In this document: piece after piece, positions 1 through 10,986 of the stretch
Position numbering within the stretch: the first letter of the stretch is position 1
How the letters are laid out: each line of letters begins with the position of its first letter
NCBI GenBank assembly: GCA_002269645.1
Contig: NIVC01000552.1
Location: 1 to 64,000 of the forward strand
DNA length: 64,000 nt
DNA from: Macrostomum lignano
Taxonomy: Eukaryota
Direction: 5' to 3'
Translations under genes and position numbers: made by a program
Notes under the pieces: generated by a model
Told to the model about the DNA's origin: nothing
Databases searched by the model: none
The model's input: only the letters and a program-made list of their open reading frames with translations

Positions 1-200
1 TTGGTGCTTGTTAGACGAATTGATGCTTGTTGGACCGAATTGATGCTTGTTGGACCAAATTGGTGCTTGTTGGACCAAATTGATGCTTGTTGGACCAAAT
101 TGGTGCTTGTTGGACCAAATTGATGCTTGTTGGACCAAATTGGTGCTTGTTGGACCAAATTGATGCTTGTTGGACCAAATTGGTGCTTGTTGGACCAAAC
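1..200. repeat. 20-bp tandem repeat (ttg[g/a]tgcttgttggaccaaa)
   Basis: About 10 units, alternating ttggtg/ttgatg variants; runs off the window start. Confidence 0.95.
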
Positions 201-751
201 TAAATGCCGCGGCCAGCCCAGCTTACCATGGACAAAAGCTCCATACTACAAAATTCATACTACATCCATACTATCCATACTACAAACGTATCTAGGATTA
301 AATTCTATGCTCGTAGGCCCAAATAGGCTTCAAAAAGCTATATTTAGCCCGCAAAACTGTTATTGTAGCTTCGCCGACAATCCCATTGGAGTGATAAACC
401 CTAATTAAAGATTAATTAATTAGTAATTAGTCTTCTGATGCTTTGCTAAGCATCACTGTTTTTTCTCTCATTTTCCCATATCGAAGCTGTCCCACTTAAA
501 GTTGAACACATCTCATTGAATTCTAAGGATTAGGTAGTCCACACACACACTACCATACCGCTTGCTAATTTACCTTTACAATTAGCTATGTTTTTAACGA
601 ATTTTCAGGCGCTCGAGCCATACCGCAAAGGTCTGTAAAGTCAACAGATTTGTACAAAAAATGCGCAACTTTTTCAATCAACTTATTTATTATCAGCAAC
701 TATGGCTATGGATTGTCAACTTAAATTCAACATAGTTAAATCAATTGGCAG

Positions 752-1329
752 CTTTCACGAAGTCGCGAAGATTGCAGTGAATCTATGCAGAACCTTGTAC
801 ATTGTTTGGCCAATCAGTACCACGACTTTCTATGCAATTGTCAGTCTTGCGACGATGTCCTCCAATCTTGCACTAGCACGCATAGTTCCAAAGACGAATT
901 CTGTATTCTAATTAAGAGGTATTCTTATTGTAATGAATCGGTTTTGCCATCAAGACTTGGTCTTCCAGAGAAATTTGAAAATGGTAATTCTGCTCGGCCT
1001 ATTATTCCAAGCAATGACCTCCCGTTGCATAACCGCTCTTTAGCGTTTGGAATTCAACCGGTTGCTATCGCTTTCGGCTTGTTGTTTGTCTCGTTTTGCT
1101 TTGCCTTGCTAGTATTCGACTCAATCGATCTAGTCAACTTCTGTCCTTTAAAATTCGGTATTGGGCTACTCAATGCTACAGTGGCGAAGACGTTTCTGCA
1201 GTTGAGTCTGGAGATACTCAAGCTATTGATGCACAGTCTCTGTCTCAGTCGGATGCGGCGTCACCGTCAACTAAACTCACCTCCGAAGGTTGGCATGAAC
1301 GGCTGCTGAAACTGCAACGGAAGCTCTAA
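752..1329 (+). CDS. 8-Cys type I membrane protein, paralogue 1 (5' end unresolved; 1-bp frameshift at T4 1094-1097)
   Basis: Ectodomain EDC-x9-C-x9-CxCxxC-x6-C-x10-C-x8-C. Adding one T gives TM VAIAFGLLFVSFLLCLASI followed by RLNR and an S/D/E-rich tail ending at 1329. Candidate phase-0 acceptor ggcag| at 751. Confidence 0.6.
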
Positions 1330-2009
1330 CTTCCGATCAGGAACCGCAGGTTGCGGCGCCAGTTATACCTTTGCCTCTCTGTGCGCAGAATGGTGATGAA
1401 CAGTTTGACGCGATTAGGCGGCCTGAGCAACAGTTCATGCAAAGCAAATTAAACCCTGTCAAATTTTAATCATCGTTGGTTGAACATTCCTCAATAGGAA
1501 TGCACAATAGTGAAGAGTGCACAATATTTTCGCCACGCCAAAGGCTAAGTGCTTCGAAGCCTATTTTAACGCTTATTATCAGCAAGTTTCTTGTCGCTAG
1601 TTTTCTAGATCGCTTTGATATCCAGCAGATGATATCAAGCAATTTAATGAGTCACTCCGAGAAAAATAGATGAAAAAAACAATAAATTGAGTCGTCGTTC
1701 CGGTTGGCAACCTGAACCCAAGACTCTCGGATTAGCAATGAAACAATTCATATATGTAAACGTTTACTAAGGAATCTTATATTCGTCACACAGTTGAGCT
1801 TGTCATTGTCATTGGTACTATAACGGCATCGTTTGTACCCATCAGTAAAAGCACATATTAAGCTTGCCAGTTATATTTTAAGGGCCTAACCTCTTTCTAT
1901 CAGTACTACGAAGATCATCTAGCGATCAATAGCGGCTTCAAAAGTTTATTGGATCGAAAAAGCAATACTAGAGCGAGTCCCTGCTGGAAGACAGAATATT
2001 TCACAACGT

Positions 2010-2170
2010 CCTCCCCGCAGAGACTGTCTTCCTGTCTCCCAGAAACTTTCCTCGGAGACTGGCGTCCCCCCCCTCCGAGACTGTCGCCCCTTCCAAGACT
2101 AGCGCCCCCCCCTCCCAAAGAGACTTGGCCCCATAGACTGGCGCCCCCTTAAATGTGGCCCTCAGAGACT
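2010..2170. repeat. Degenerate GC-rich repeat (gagactggcgcccc core)
   Basis: Same core motif as the 2575-3305 array. Confidence 0.7.
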
Positions 2171-2574
2171 AGCAGGCAAGCAAATTTTGAGCAGTTTTTG
2201 CTATAAAAATCAGTACGCTCTGTTGCTAACAGTGGTTCTCATATCCATACTCCTTCGTATAATACGCTCGTATATAGTTTTAGATTGCTCTATTGTCAAA
2301 TCACCTCCAAACGCTTGTTTAAATCAGTTGATATCCCTTTTTGTGCCCCTCCTTCCATTTTTCCCTTTTTACAATGTGCCTATTTACATGTACGCCTTTA
2401 TTTAACTGTTAAAATTACAATGTCGTTCGCATAATTGTGTTTTATTTGAACGATAGGCAGCTCAGACAAAGACGCAGAATGATTAGTCAAGCCGGCCCCG
2501 GGACACACTAGCTAGCCCCCTTCGGGTAAAGTGCTACCGCAATCTCAAAGTCTTAAAATTATTTACAGTCGCAA

Positions 2575-3305
2575 CTGGCACCCCCGCCCCGCAGAGACTG
2601 GCGCCCCTTCTCATACAGAGATTGGCGCCCCTTCTCATACAGAGACTGGCGCCCCTTCTCATACAGAGATTGGCGCCCCTTCTCATACAGAGACTGGCGC
2701 CCCTTCTCATACAGAGACTGGCGCCCCTCCCATACAGAGACTAGCGCCCTCTCCCATACAGACTTGCGCCCCCTCCTATACAGAGATTGGCGCCCCCTCC
2801 CCCGCAAAGACTGGCGCCCCCTCCCATACAGAGATTGGCGCCCCCTCCCCGCAAAGACTGGCGCCCCTCCCATACAGAGACTGGCGCCCTCTCCCATACA
2901 GACTGGCGCCCCCTCCTATACAGAGATTGGCGCCCCCTCCCCCGCAAAGACTGGCGCCCCCTCCCATACAGAGATTGGCGCCCCCTCCCCCGCAAAGACT
3001 GGCGCCCCCTCCCATACAGAGATTGGCGCCCCTCCCCGCAAAGACTGGCGCCCCCTCCCATACAGAGATTGGCGCCCCCTCCCCCGCAAAGACTGGCGCC
3101 CCCTCCCATACAGAGATTGGCGCCCCCTCCCCCGCAAAGACTGGCGCCCCCTCCCATACAGAGATTGGCGCCCCCTCCCCCGCAAAGACTGGCGCCCCCT
3201 CCCATACAGAGATTGGCGCCCCCTCCCCCGCAAAGACTGGCGCCCCCTCCCCGCAAAGACTGGCGCCCCCTCCCATACAGAGACTGGCGCCCCCTCCTCA
3301 CAGAG
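2575..3305. repeat. GC-rich ~23/24-bp minisatellite with ~47-bp dimer (gactggcgccccctcccatacagagattggcgccccctccccgcaaa)
   Basis: Direct inspection; it explains all the overlapping low-complexity ORFs here. Confidence 0.95.
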
Positions 3306-4187
3306 ACCGTTTCGTGTTGTTTTAACTATATTGTATTGCTTTAAGGTTTTGCTATCGAAGAATCATCGCCAACCGCATATTCAAATCAATAGTTATCTTT
3401 TTATCTTTTGTCTTCTAGCTCACAATGCGCTCTTTTACATTGTAGAAATTTACAAAATTTGTTATAATATTTAATAATAGCGCCCCTATTTTACTGTTAA
3501 TCGCGCATTATAACTTCTCTCGCTGCAATAATAAACGTTTTTGTTTCTCTAAAAATTTATCATATTTATTAGCATCTGCGCCAGATAAATTCCGCTACTT
3601 TACTTTCAATTGCGTAGTTACCAGCTAGCAGTGAATCAACTCGCACTTGGGCTTTGGGGAAGGGGGGGTTCTGTTAAAATAAGCATCGTTCCACTTTAGA
3701 GTTCAGTTATTACGCTATATAAGTAGAAGAAGTTTGTATTATATTATAGCATCACCCGCTTCGTTTTTAAGCTTACAGCTAGACCAAGTGTTCTATTTTT
3801 AGTAGCGGGGACCATGTCTAATAGTTAATTTTAGAATAGAGAGCTGTTTCTTTTAGAGATGCTGTTGACAAAGTGTCTTCGAGGGAACTTCGTAAGCAGT
3901 TTTTTCTGTTATTACTACTGCGTCTTCACCGCTCTTCTCTGCCGCTGCAACTCCTATATAGTCTCTACCTCTCTGGCTCGCTCTTACCAACGCAATAGCT
4001 ACAGATTATATGCTAGGCTCATCATTTTTGTTAGAAACCTTTTCACTTCACCCAGCCTCTCGTTCTGTCTACTCTTCAGCCGTCGTCAACATTAACAACA
4101 AGAAGAGCTTTTGTTGAGGCTTTTTCTTTCGTCAACGCAAATGTCCAATACGTGACGGCTTAGCGGCAATTGATTGATTTAAACAGC

Positions 4188-4745
4188 ATGGATCAACGAA
4201 TGCTACTAAGCATATTGTTGCTGTTCCTGTTGTCAAGCAACCGAGCCAGCGGTTTTGTAGACACGCCTAAGAACCAGTTAGATTGCTACCTCCCGCCAGA
4301 ATGCGATTTGGATCGGCAGTATTACAATGGCGACTGTATGTGTGTCGATTGCGAGCCATTGGTAAATGAATATTCGTGCTATTCAGCATTGATTCCTCGA
4401 CAACAACTTTTACAAGAATGTCGAGACGCACTGACGCTGGGCTATTGTCAGGCAACTATGCGAAATGTAAGCTTATCGCCAGTGGCAGGCGCTACCACTG
4501 AGCGTATTCAGCATACTTCAACTGAAATGTCAACCACGACTGCGACGTTGTCTTCATCAATAACAGTTCAGCATCCTTCGAACTCCAATATGGCTTTGAT
4601 ATTCAGTTTATTAGCCTGCTTTTTTGCATTGGCCATACTATTTACGGTCATAATAATCCGGTTCTGCGCTCGCGGCCGGAGCGGAGTCGGGCGTCAGGGT
4701 GGATTAAACGAGTCAGTTGAGTCTACTGATGAACTCGATGAGTAA
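4188..4745 (+). CDS. 8-Cys type I membrane protein, paralogue 2 (185 aa, single exon)
   Basis: ATG at 4188; signal peptide MDQRMLLSILLLFLLSSNRASG; Cys domain DCYLPPECDLDRQYYNGDCMCVDC...C...C-x8-C; Ser/Thr stalk; TM MALIFSLLACFFALAILFTVIII; basic stop-transfer residues; acidic tail. Confidence 0.85.
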   Translation: MDQRMLLSILLLFLLSSNRASGFVDTPKNQLDCYLPPECDLDRQYYNGDCMCVDCEPLVNEYSCYSALIPRQQLLQECRDALTLGYCQATMRNVSLSPVAGATTERIQHTSTEMSTTTATLSSSITVQHPSNSNMALIFSLLACFFALAILFTVIIIRFCARGRSGVGRQGGLNESVESTDELDE

Positions 4746-4764
4746 GTAATATCTCTTATCTGAC

Positions 4765-6450
4765 AATTAACCTATCTAAGTCAGATAACAACCATATCTG
4801 ATATTTAACCTACCTGAGTCAGATAGCAACCGTATCTGATAGTTAACCTACCCGAGTCAGATAACAACCATATCTGATATTTAACCTACCTGAGTCAGAT
4901 AACAACCGTATCTGATAATTAACCTACCCGAGTCAGATAACAACCATATCTGATATTTAACCTACCTGAGTCAGATAACAACCGTATCTGATAATTAACC
5001 TACCCGAGTCAGATAACAATCATATCTGATAATTAACCTACCTGAGTCAGATAACAACCATATCTGATATTTAACCTACCTGAGTCAGATAACAATCATA
5101 TCTGATAATTAACCTACCTGAGTCAGATAACAATCATATCTGATAATTAACCTACCCGAGTCAGATAACAACCATATCTGATATTTAACCTACCTGAGTC
5201 AGATAACAACCGTATCTGATAATTAACCTACCCGAGTCAGATAACAATCATATCTGATAATTAACCTACCTGAGTCAGATAACAACCATATCTGATATTT
5301 AACCTACCTGAGTCAGATAACAATCATATCTGATAATTAACCTACCTGAGTCAGATAACAATCATATCTGATAATTAACCTACCCGAGTCAGATAACAAT
5401 CATATCTGATAATTAACCTACCTGAGTCAGATAACAACCATATCTGATATTTAACCTACCTGAGTCAGATAACAACCGTATCTGATAATTAACCTACCTG
5501 AGTCAGATAACAATCATATCTGATAATTAACCTACCTGAGTCAGATAAAAATCATCTCTGATATTTAACCTACCTGAGTCAGATAACAATCATATCTGAT
5601 AATTAACCTACCTGAGTCAGATAAAAATCATCTCTGATATTTAACCTACCTGAGTCAGATAACAATCATCTCTGATAATTAACCTACCTGAGTCAGATAA
5701 CAAACATCTCTGATAGTTAACCTACCTGAGTCAGATAACAATCATCTCTGATATTTAACCTACCTGAGTCAGATAACAATCATCTCTGATAATTAACCTA
5801 CCTGAGTCAGATAAAAATCATCTCTGATATTTAACCTACCTGAGTCAGATAACAATCATCTCTGATAATTAACCTACCTGAGTCAGATAACAAACATCTC
5901 TGATAGTTAACCTACCCGAGTCAGATAACAATCATCTCTGATAGTTAACCTACCCGAGTCAGATAACAATCATCTCTGATATTTAACCTACCTGAGTCAG
6001 ATAACAACCGTATCTGATAATTAACCTACCTGAGTCAGATAACAATCATATCTGATAATTAACCTACCTGAGTCAGATAACAATCATATCTGATAATTAA
6101 CCTACCCGAGTCAGATAACAATCATCTCTGATAATTAACCTACCTGAGTCAGATAACAATCATATCTGATAATTAACCTACCTGAGTCAGATAACAATCA
6201 TATCTGATAATTAACCTACCTGAGTCAGATATAACAATCATATCTGATAATTAAACTACCTGAGTCAGATAACAATCATCTCTGATAGTTAACCTACCTG
6301 AGTCAGATATAACAATCATCTCTGATAGTTAACCTACCCGAGTCAGATATAACAATCATCTCTGATAATTAACCTACCTGAGTCAGATAACAATCATATC
6401 TGATAATTAACCTACCTGAGTCAGATAACAATCATCTCTGATAATTAACC
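4765..6450. repeat. 38-bp minisatellite, about 44 copies, with internal palindrome
   Basis: Unit ttaacctacctgagtcagataacaatcatatctgataa; inverted repeat tcagata-N7-tatctga in each unit. Confidence 0.97.
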
Positions 6451-7024
6451 CACCTGCAGAGAGCAGTCCCCCATCGTGGAGCACTCCGGGGGCACCGACA
6501 GCGGCTGCAACGGCCCCTGTAGAACCTGTCAGCCAATAAAGTGCCCAGACCAGTCCAGCAGATATTTATCCAAAGGCGCTCAACGTTGCTCGAAGTGGTT
6601 AAGCGAGAACTGCTCAGTACAAGACGGTGCCTCATCGGAGGCTCTCGCGCCAAACATACCAGCGTCTAGCATGTCCGTGTGCTCAATCGTTAGGCAGTTG
6701 AATCCCCTGCTGCATCTGTCTGCGCCTATGCTGGCGCCTGCGGCTACTAATGCTTATGGGTTAAAGTGCCGCGACCAAATCCTATCAAAAGTGTGATCCT
6801 ACATCATGTGACATGTCTGTTTATGTGCATAATCAGCTCCGCTTATTATATTGTTCTCAGACTGACTTTGTAGTTTTTCTGTCTGCTCACTATCTTTTCA
6901 ATAATTAAATCATTCAGGTTTTTTGCTGTATTTGAAATGGTTACTTTTTGTACTTTAAACTGAGCTGAAATCTCCTACATATGATATTCTGAATCTTACA
7001 TGAAATCTCTAATCCCACATGAAG

Positions 7025-7400
7025 TCCCAATTATCTTTCATGAGATTTCTAATCTTTCATATGAGATCTCGAATCTCTCGCATGAGATCTCTAATCTCAC
7101 ATAAAGTCTCTAATTGCTCATGAGATTTCTAATCTTTCATATGAGATCTCAAATATCTCATGAGATTTCTAATCTTTCATATGAGATCTCAAATATCTCA
7201 TGAGATTTCTAATCTTTCATATGAGATCTCAAATATCTCATGAGATTTCTAATCTTTCATATGAGATCTCGAATCTTCCGCATGAGATTTCTAATCTCAC
7301 ATGAGATCTCTTATCTCACTTGAGATCTCTAATCTCATATGAAGTCTTAATTATCTTTCATGAGATTTTTAACATTTCATTTGAGATCTCTAATATTTCA
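7025..7400. repeat. Degenerate 20/40-bp tandem repeat (catgagatttctaatctttcatatgagatctcaaatatct)
   Basis: Several near-exact 40-bp copies at 7120-7260. Confidence 0.85.
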
Positions 7401-7829
7401 CATAAAATCTCAAAGCTATTCTATCATATATCCCGGATCTCGCATAAGATGACAATATTCATAGAAATAAAGTTATATAAAGTAGGAATTAATATTTCTA
7501 ACCACAATAATGTACTCTAGTACAAGACCTATAGTAATATTTCAATCAGTTGCCCTGCCAATGGATTTTTTAAAGCAGATCTCTGTGTCTCTGCTTTTCT
7601 ACACCGATGCCAACAGTACTCAGCTGTCATCAATGTTTTTGTCATGCTCATAGTAATTGCGTGATTCAACTGACGCATTTTGTTATACCGACACTGACAT
7701 TAGTAATGTACAGACATCTGTCTTTGTATCTTTGTACAGTATTGCCTTGCATTCCTTTCTTCATTAGCGAAATTATTGATTGTTTTCTTTCAGTTGATAC
7801 TGAATGCAATCTTATTTGTTTGGCTTTGT

Positions 7830-8003
7830 GACTGACTGACTGACTGACTTGAGTGAGTGGGTGATGACTGACTGACTGACTGACTGACTGACTGACTGAC
7901 TGACTGACTGACTGACTGACTGACTGACTGACTGACACTGACTGACTGCCTGACTGACTGACTGACTGACTGACTGACTGACTGACTGACTGACTGACTG
8001 ACT

Positions 8004-8054
<51 letters not shown>

Positions 8055-8085
8055 TGACTGACTGACTGATTGACTGACTGACTGA
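7830..8085. repeat. (ACTG)n microsatellite
   Basis: Direct inspection. Confidence 0.98.
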
Positions 8086-8751
8086 AGGCTCCTTGTCGTA
8101 ATAATTTATTTAGTGTACTCAAACTTTAACGAATATATTATAGTCTTTTAATCAACGAAAAATTACAGATAATGCCGATTGTTTAAACAATTCTACAATA
8201 TATTTAAATTTTGCTTCTTTCTTTTTACATTTCTACTTATTAGTAGTGTAAATTCCGTTTGACTTCTGCTTTATCTCAAGAGCCTTGACAAACGTCTATT
8301 GCGAGTTTAAATATAAATTTTACAATAGTTTTAATTCTCTGCTTAGCCACGCACTTTACTACTAACGTGCCGCGAGTTCATGTTTTACTGCGCTGGTTAA
8401 TCTCTCAGGCAAAAAAGACGAGTTTGCCAACTTGAAATTTTCTCACATTTGTATCTTTTTAGCAGTTGCCATTTCAAACAAAATATACATCCATGCACCT
8501 GCCAGATTGTAAATTTTAGTCTATTTTTGTAGTCATTTACCGGTTTTTTGACTTTACACTTTTTATTTGGCTACTTGTGAGTAGGATAATCGCAGTTTTT
8601 TTCAGTTAATATGCAGTTTTATCAGTTATCAGTTTCTAATTCATCTGCCACCTTTGTCGCTCTTTCATGATACGATTTCGCTATGAATTACTACTTTTAA
8701 GAGTAGTAGCGGCATCTTACTATTTTAAATCTTCCCTAATCAGCTGATCAG

Positions 8752-10923
8752 ATGCATCTTCAAATTCAGCTGCTAATTGCCGCTGCTGTTATTATCTGTC
8801 GGTGTTTCGGCAATGATCAGCAGGATGTAAAGGTGAATAAATTTCAAAACTGGACCTATTTATAATATAGCTGTTCCTGTTGTCAAGCAACCGAGCCAGA
8901 TGTTTTGTAGACACGCCTAAAAACCAGTTAGATTGCTACCTCCCGCCAGAATGCGATTTGGATCGGCAGTATTACAATGGCGACTGTATTTGCGTCGATT
9001 GCGAGCCATTGGTGATGGAATATTCGTGCCATTTAGCATTGAATCCTCGGCAACAACTTTTTCAAGAATGTCGGGACGCACTGACGCCACTGGGGGGGTG
9101 GGACAAGTGCCCCCCCCCAGTAGAAGCAATGGGGGGACATCCCGATGCTTGTCCATTTGTCCCCCTCCCACCTTGTTGATCCGTTATGGAAATCAATAGT
9201 CAATTTGCTTCAGGGCGCCAAAATGAGTGCCTGCAGCGCCAAAATGAGTGCCTGTGGCGCCAAAATGAGTGCCTGCGGCGCCAAAATGAGTGCCTGCGGC
9301 GCCAAAATGAGTGCCTGCGGCGCCAAAATGAGAGCATGCGGCGCTAAAATGAGTGCCTGCGGTTTCAAAAAAATCAATGACAACACCGATTCGGAAATAA
9401 TGTACATTTAGAATTCTCGGCTTTTGTCCCCCCCACCATAAAATCTATGGCGACGCCCCTGGACTCGGGCTTCTCTTTTGACTTTTTAACGACTCAAACG
9501 ACTGTAATGCGACGGAGAGGCGACTGTTAAGTCGAGTCACGAGCGCATATCACATGAGTTGCCGTATCTTTAAAGAGTCGCAAAAGTCGTCTAATAGTCG
9601 TTTTTGTGTTTGACATTTTACTAACTCAAGTAGACTAAATATAGAGTTTTATGAACGCGAAGTGCGATTCTAATTCATAAAGTGAGTCAGATGCAAGGCT
9701 CTGGCCCGCCTCAGATACGACTCTAAGGCCCTGGAGTCACTATTAAAGAGTCCACTATTTGACGAATTGTACCGTGACATGTAGTCGTTTTAGATTCACT
9801 TCTTTTCCGATTTTACCTGTGTTTACCTGCAACGACTCTGAAGCGACACATGACTTTTTTTCGGGTGACTTTTCTCTCCTCGATGCCTCCTTATGACTGA
9901 AAAGATGTCATTATTTAGAGAATTTACGCGATGCGAAAGACCGAATTATAGGGGAGCCGTAGCCCAGCGGTAGCGCAGCTGCTCTGGTGTGCCAGCGACC
10001 CAGGCTCGATTCCAAGTGCAGTCACATTAATTTGGGGCTGAATTGGAATCTCAGCTTGGCTCTGCTCGTGCAATTAACGGCCTTGAGAGCCAACCCCCAA
10101 GACACTGTGAAGTGTACATGCCTAAATATAAATAAAGTCGTGGGCCGCTGTACACTTCTGTGTGAGTGTGTGCCTGCGTACGTATCCGCGCGCTTGTATG
10201 CCTGCTCAGGGGAGTCGGCGGAATGGGCAGTAATGCCTCTCGCCGGTTGTGTGCCTATGTCGCTTAAAGTGCGCCAGGGTGCACACAACCCCCCTGCCTC
10301 TAATAAAAAAAGACCGAATTAAAATTCAGCTCTAAAAATAGGCTCGTTAAATAATTTTTCGATTGCAGGTGCCGAAAAACTTCCAAAATGACTGCAAGAA
10401 TATCAGAAAAGTTTATTGTGCAATTGAATCTGGATATTTCTATTACGATTCTTACTGCGCCTGCTGGCCTTGTCCAACTCACTATATGGCAATTTATAAT
10501 GCTAAAAAGTGCACAGCTTTTAAAGAATCTCGCGCCTGTTTCAACACCACAGCTATGCGGCAGTGTCGGAATCCTGTAGATAATAGTACTGAAGGCGAAA
10601 AACTTGCTAAATCGGTTATTCAAAAACAGGATATTTCGATTTCGAACATCATCGGATACGTGGTGCTCTGTCTTGTAGTCGCTGCTATTATTTGTATCGC
10701 ATTCTGGTTTGTCTGTCGTAGATGGACGCGTCTCAGGAGTCAGAGCAGCTTCAACGAGTCAAGCGACCAAGAAAAAAGGCGTTTAAATAGCAAGGACGGG
10801 CCTCAGCCTACATTTCAGCCCAATAATCCGTCAATTGATACTGTTGATGAGACGTCCACTACGCCTAACATACCGGATAATATCGAGAAGTCAAGTTCCG
10901 ATGCGAATAGTTACGACATTTGA
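8752..10923 (+). CDS. 8-Cys type I membrane protein, paralogue 3 (exons 8752-8832 and 10369-10923; 211 aa)
   Basis: Exon 1 encodes signal-peptide-like MHLQIQLLIAAAVIICRCFG-NDQQDVK with donor aag|gtgaat (phase 0). Acceptor gattgcag| at 10368 (phase 0). Exon 2 has the 8-Cys domain, TM IIGYVVLCLVVAAIICIAFWFV, RRW and a polar tail. Confidence 0.75.
8871..9087 (+). pseudogene. 217-bp intronic copy of the paralogue 2 ectodomain (4221-4437)
   Basis: Colinear with no indels, 14 mismatches (~93.5% identity), domain cysteines within the copied segment retained; truncated at 9087 by a repeat element. Confidence 0.85.
9088..9461. mobile_element. Partial non-autonomous DNA transposon (possibly hAT-like) carrying a 21-bp array
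   Basis: Right end ...ggcgacgcccctg (reverse complement CAGGGGCGT...); G/C-run subterminal blocks gggacaag / cttttgtcccc at both ends; ~7 x ggcgccaaaatgagtgcctgc at 9212-9362; left terminus not intact. Confidence 0.45.
9475..9800 (+). repeat. Dispersed GACTC/GAGTC-rich repeat, copy A
   Basis: Shares gactttttaacgactcaa, cctca[a/g]atacgactcta and ccgtgac..gtcgttttaga blocks, in the same order, with 18700-19040. Confidence 0.7.
9949..10308 (+). mobile_element. tRNA-derived SINE, family A, full length with 13-bp TSD
   Basis: A box tagcccagcgg (9960), B-box-like ggctcgattcc (~10003), A-rich tail; TSD aaagaccgaatta at 9936-9948 and 10309-10321. Confidence 0.9.
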
Positions 10924-10986
10924 GAGCATGCACTGTATGACTCTTGCGCCACGAGCCCGTTCTGTGTAGTTCAAAGTTCTATGGTA

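Noticed and set aside
438-533. Signal-peptide exon for paralogue 1 (MLC*ASLFFLSFSHIEA-VPLK...)
   Set aside because: It contains an in-frame stop and a second stop before the nearest donor, so it cannot be joined credibly.
2531-3474. Overlapping Pro/Arg-rich ORFs on both strands
   Set aside because: Artefacts of a stop-free GC-rich minisatellite.
4765-6450. CRISPR-like palindromic 38-bp repeats
   Set aside because: Units are head-to-tail with no unique spacers, no cas genes are present, and the context is eukaryotic and spliced.
6432-6800. GC-rich segment with short ORFs on both strands (possible LINE/SINE 3' end)
   Set aside because: No recognisable motif, tail or TSD.
9951-10020. tRNA gene
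   Set aside because: The head continues into a 360-bp body with a tail and TSD, and the cloverleaf is degenerate, so it is a SINE. The same applies to 10987-11060.
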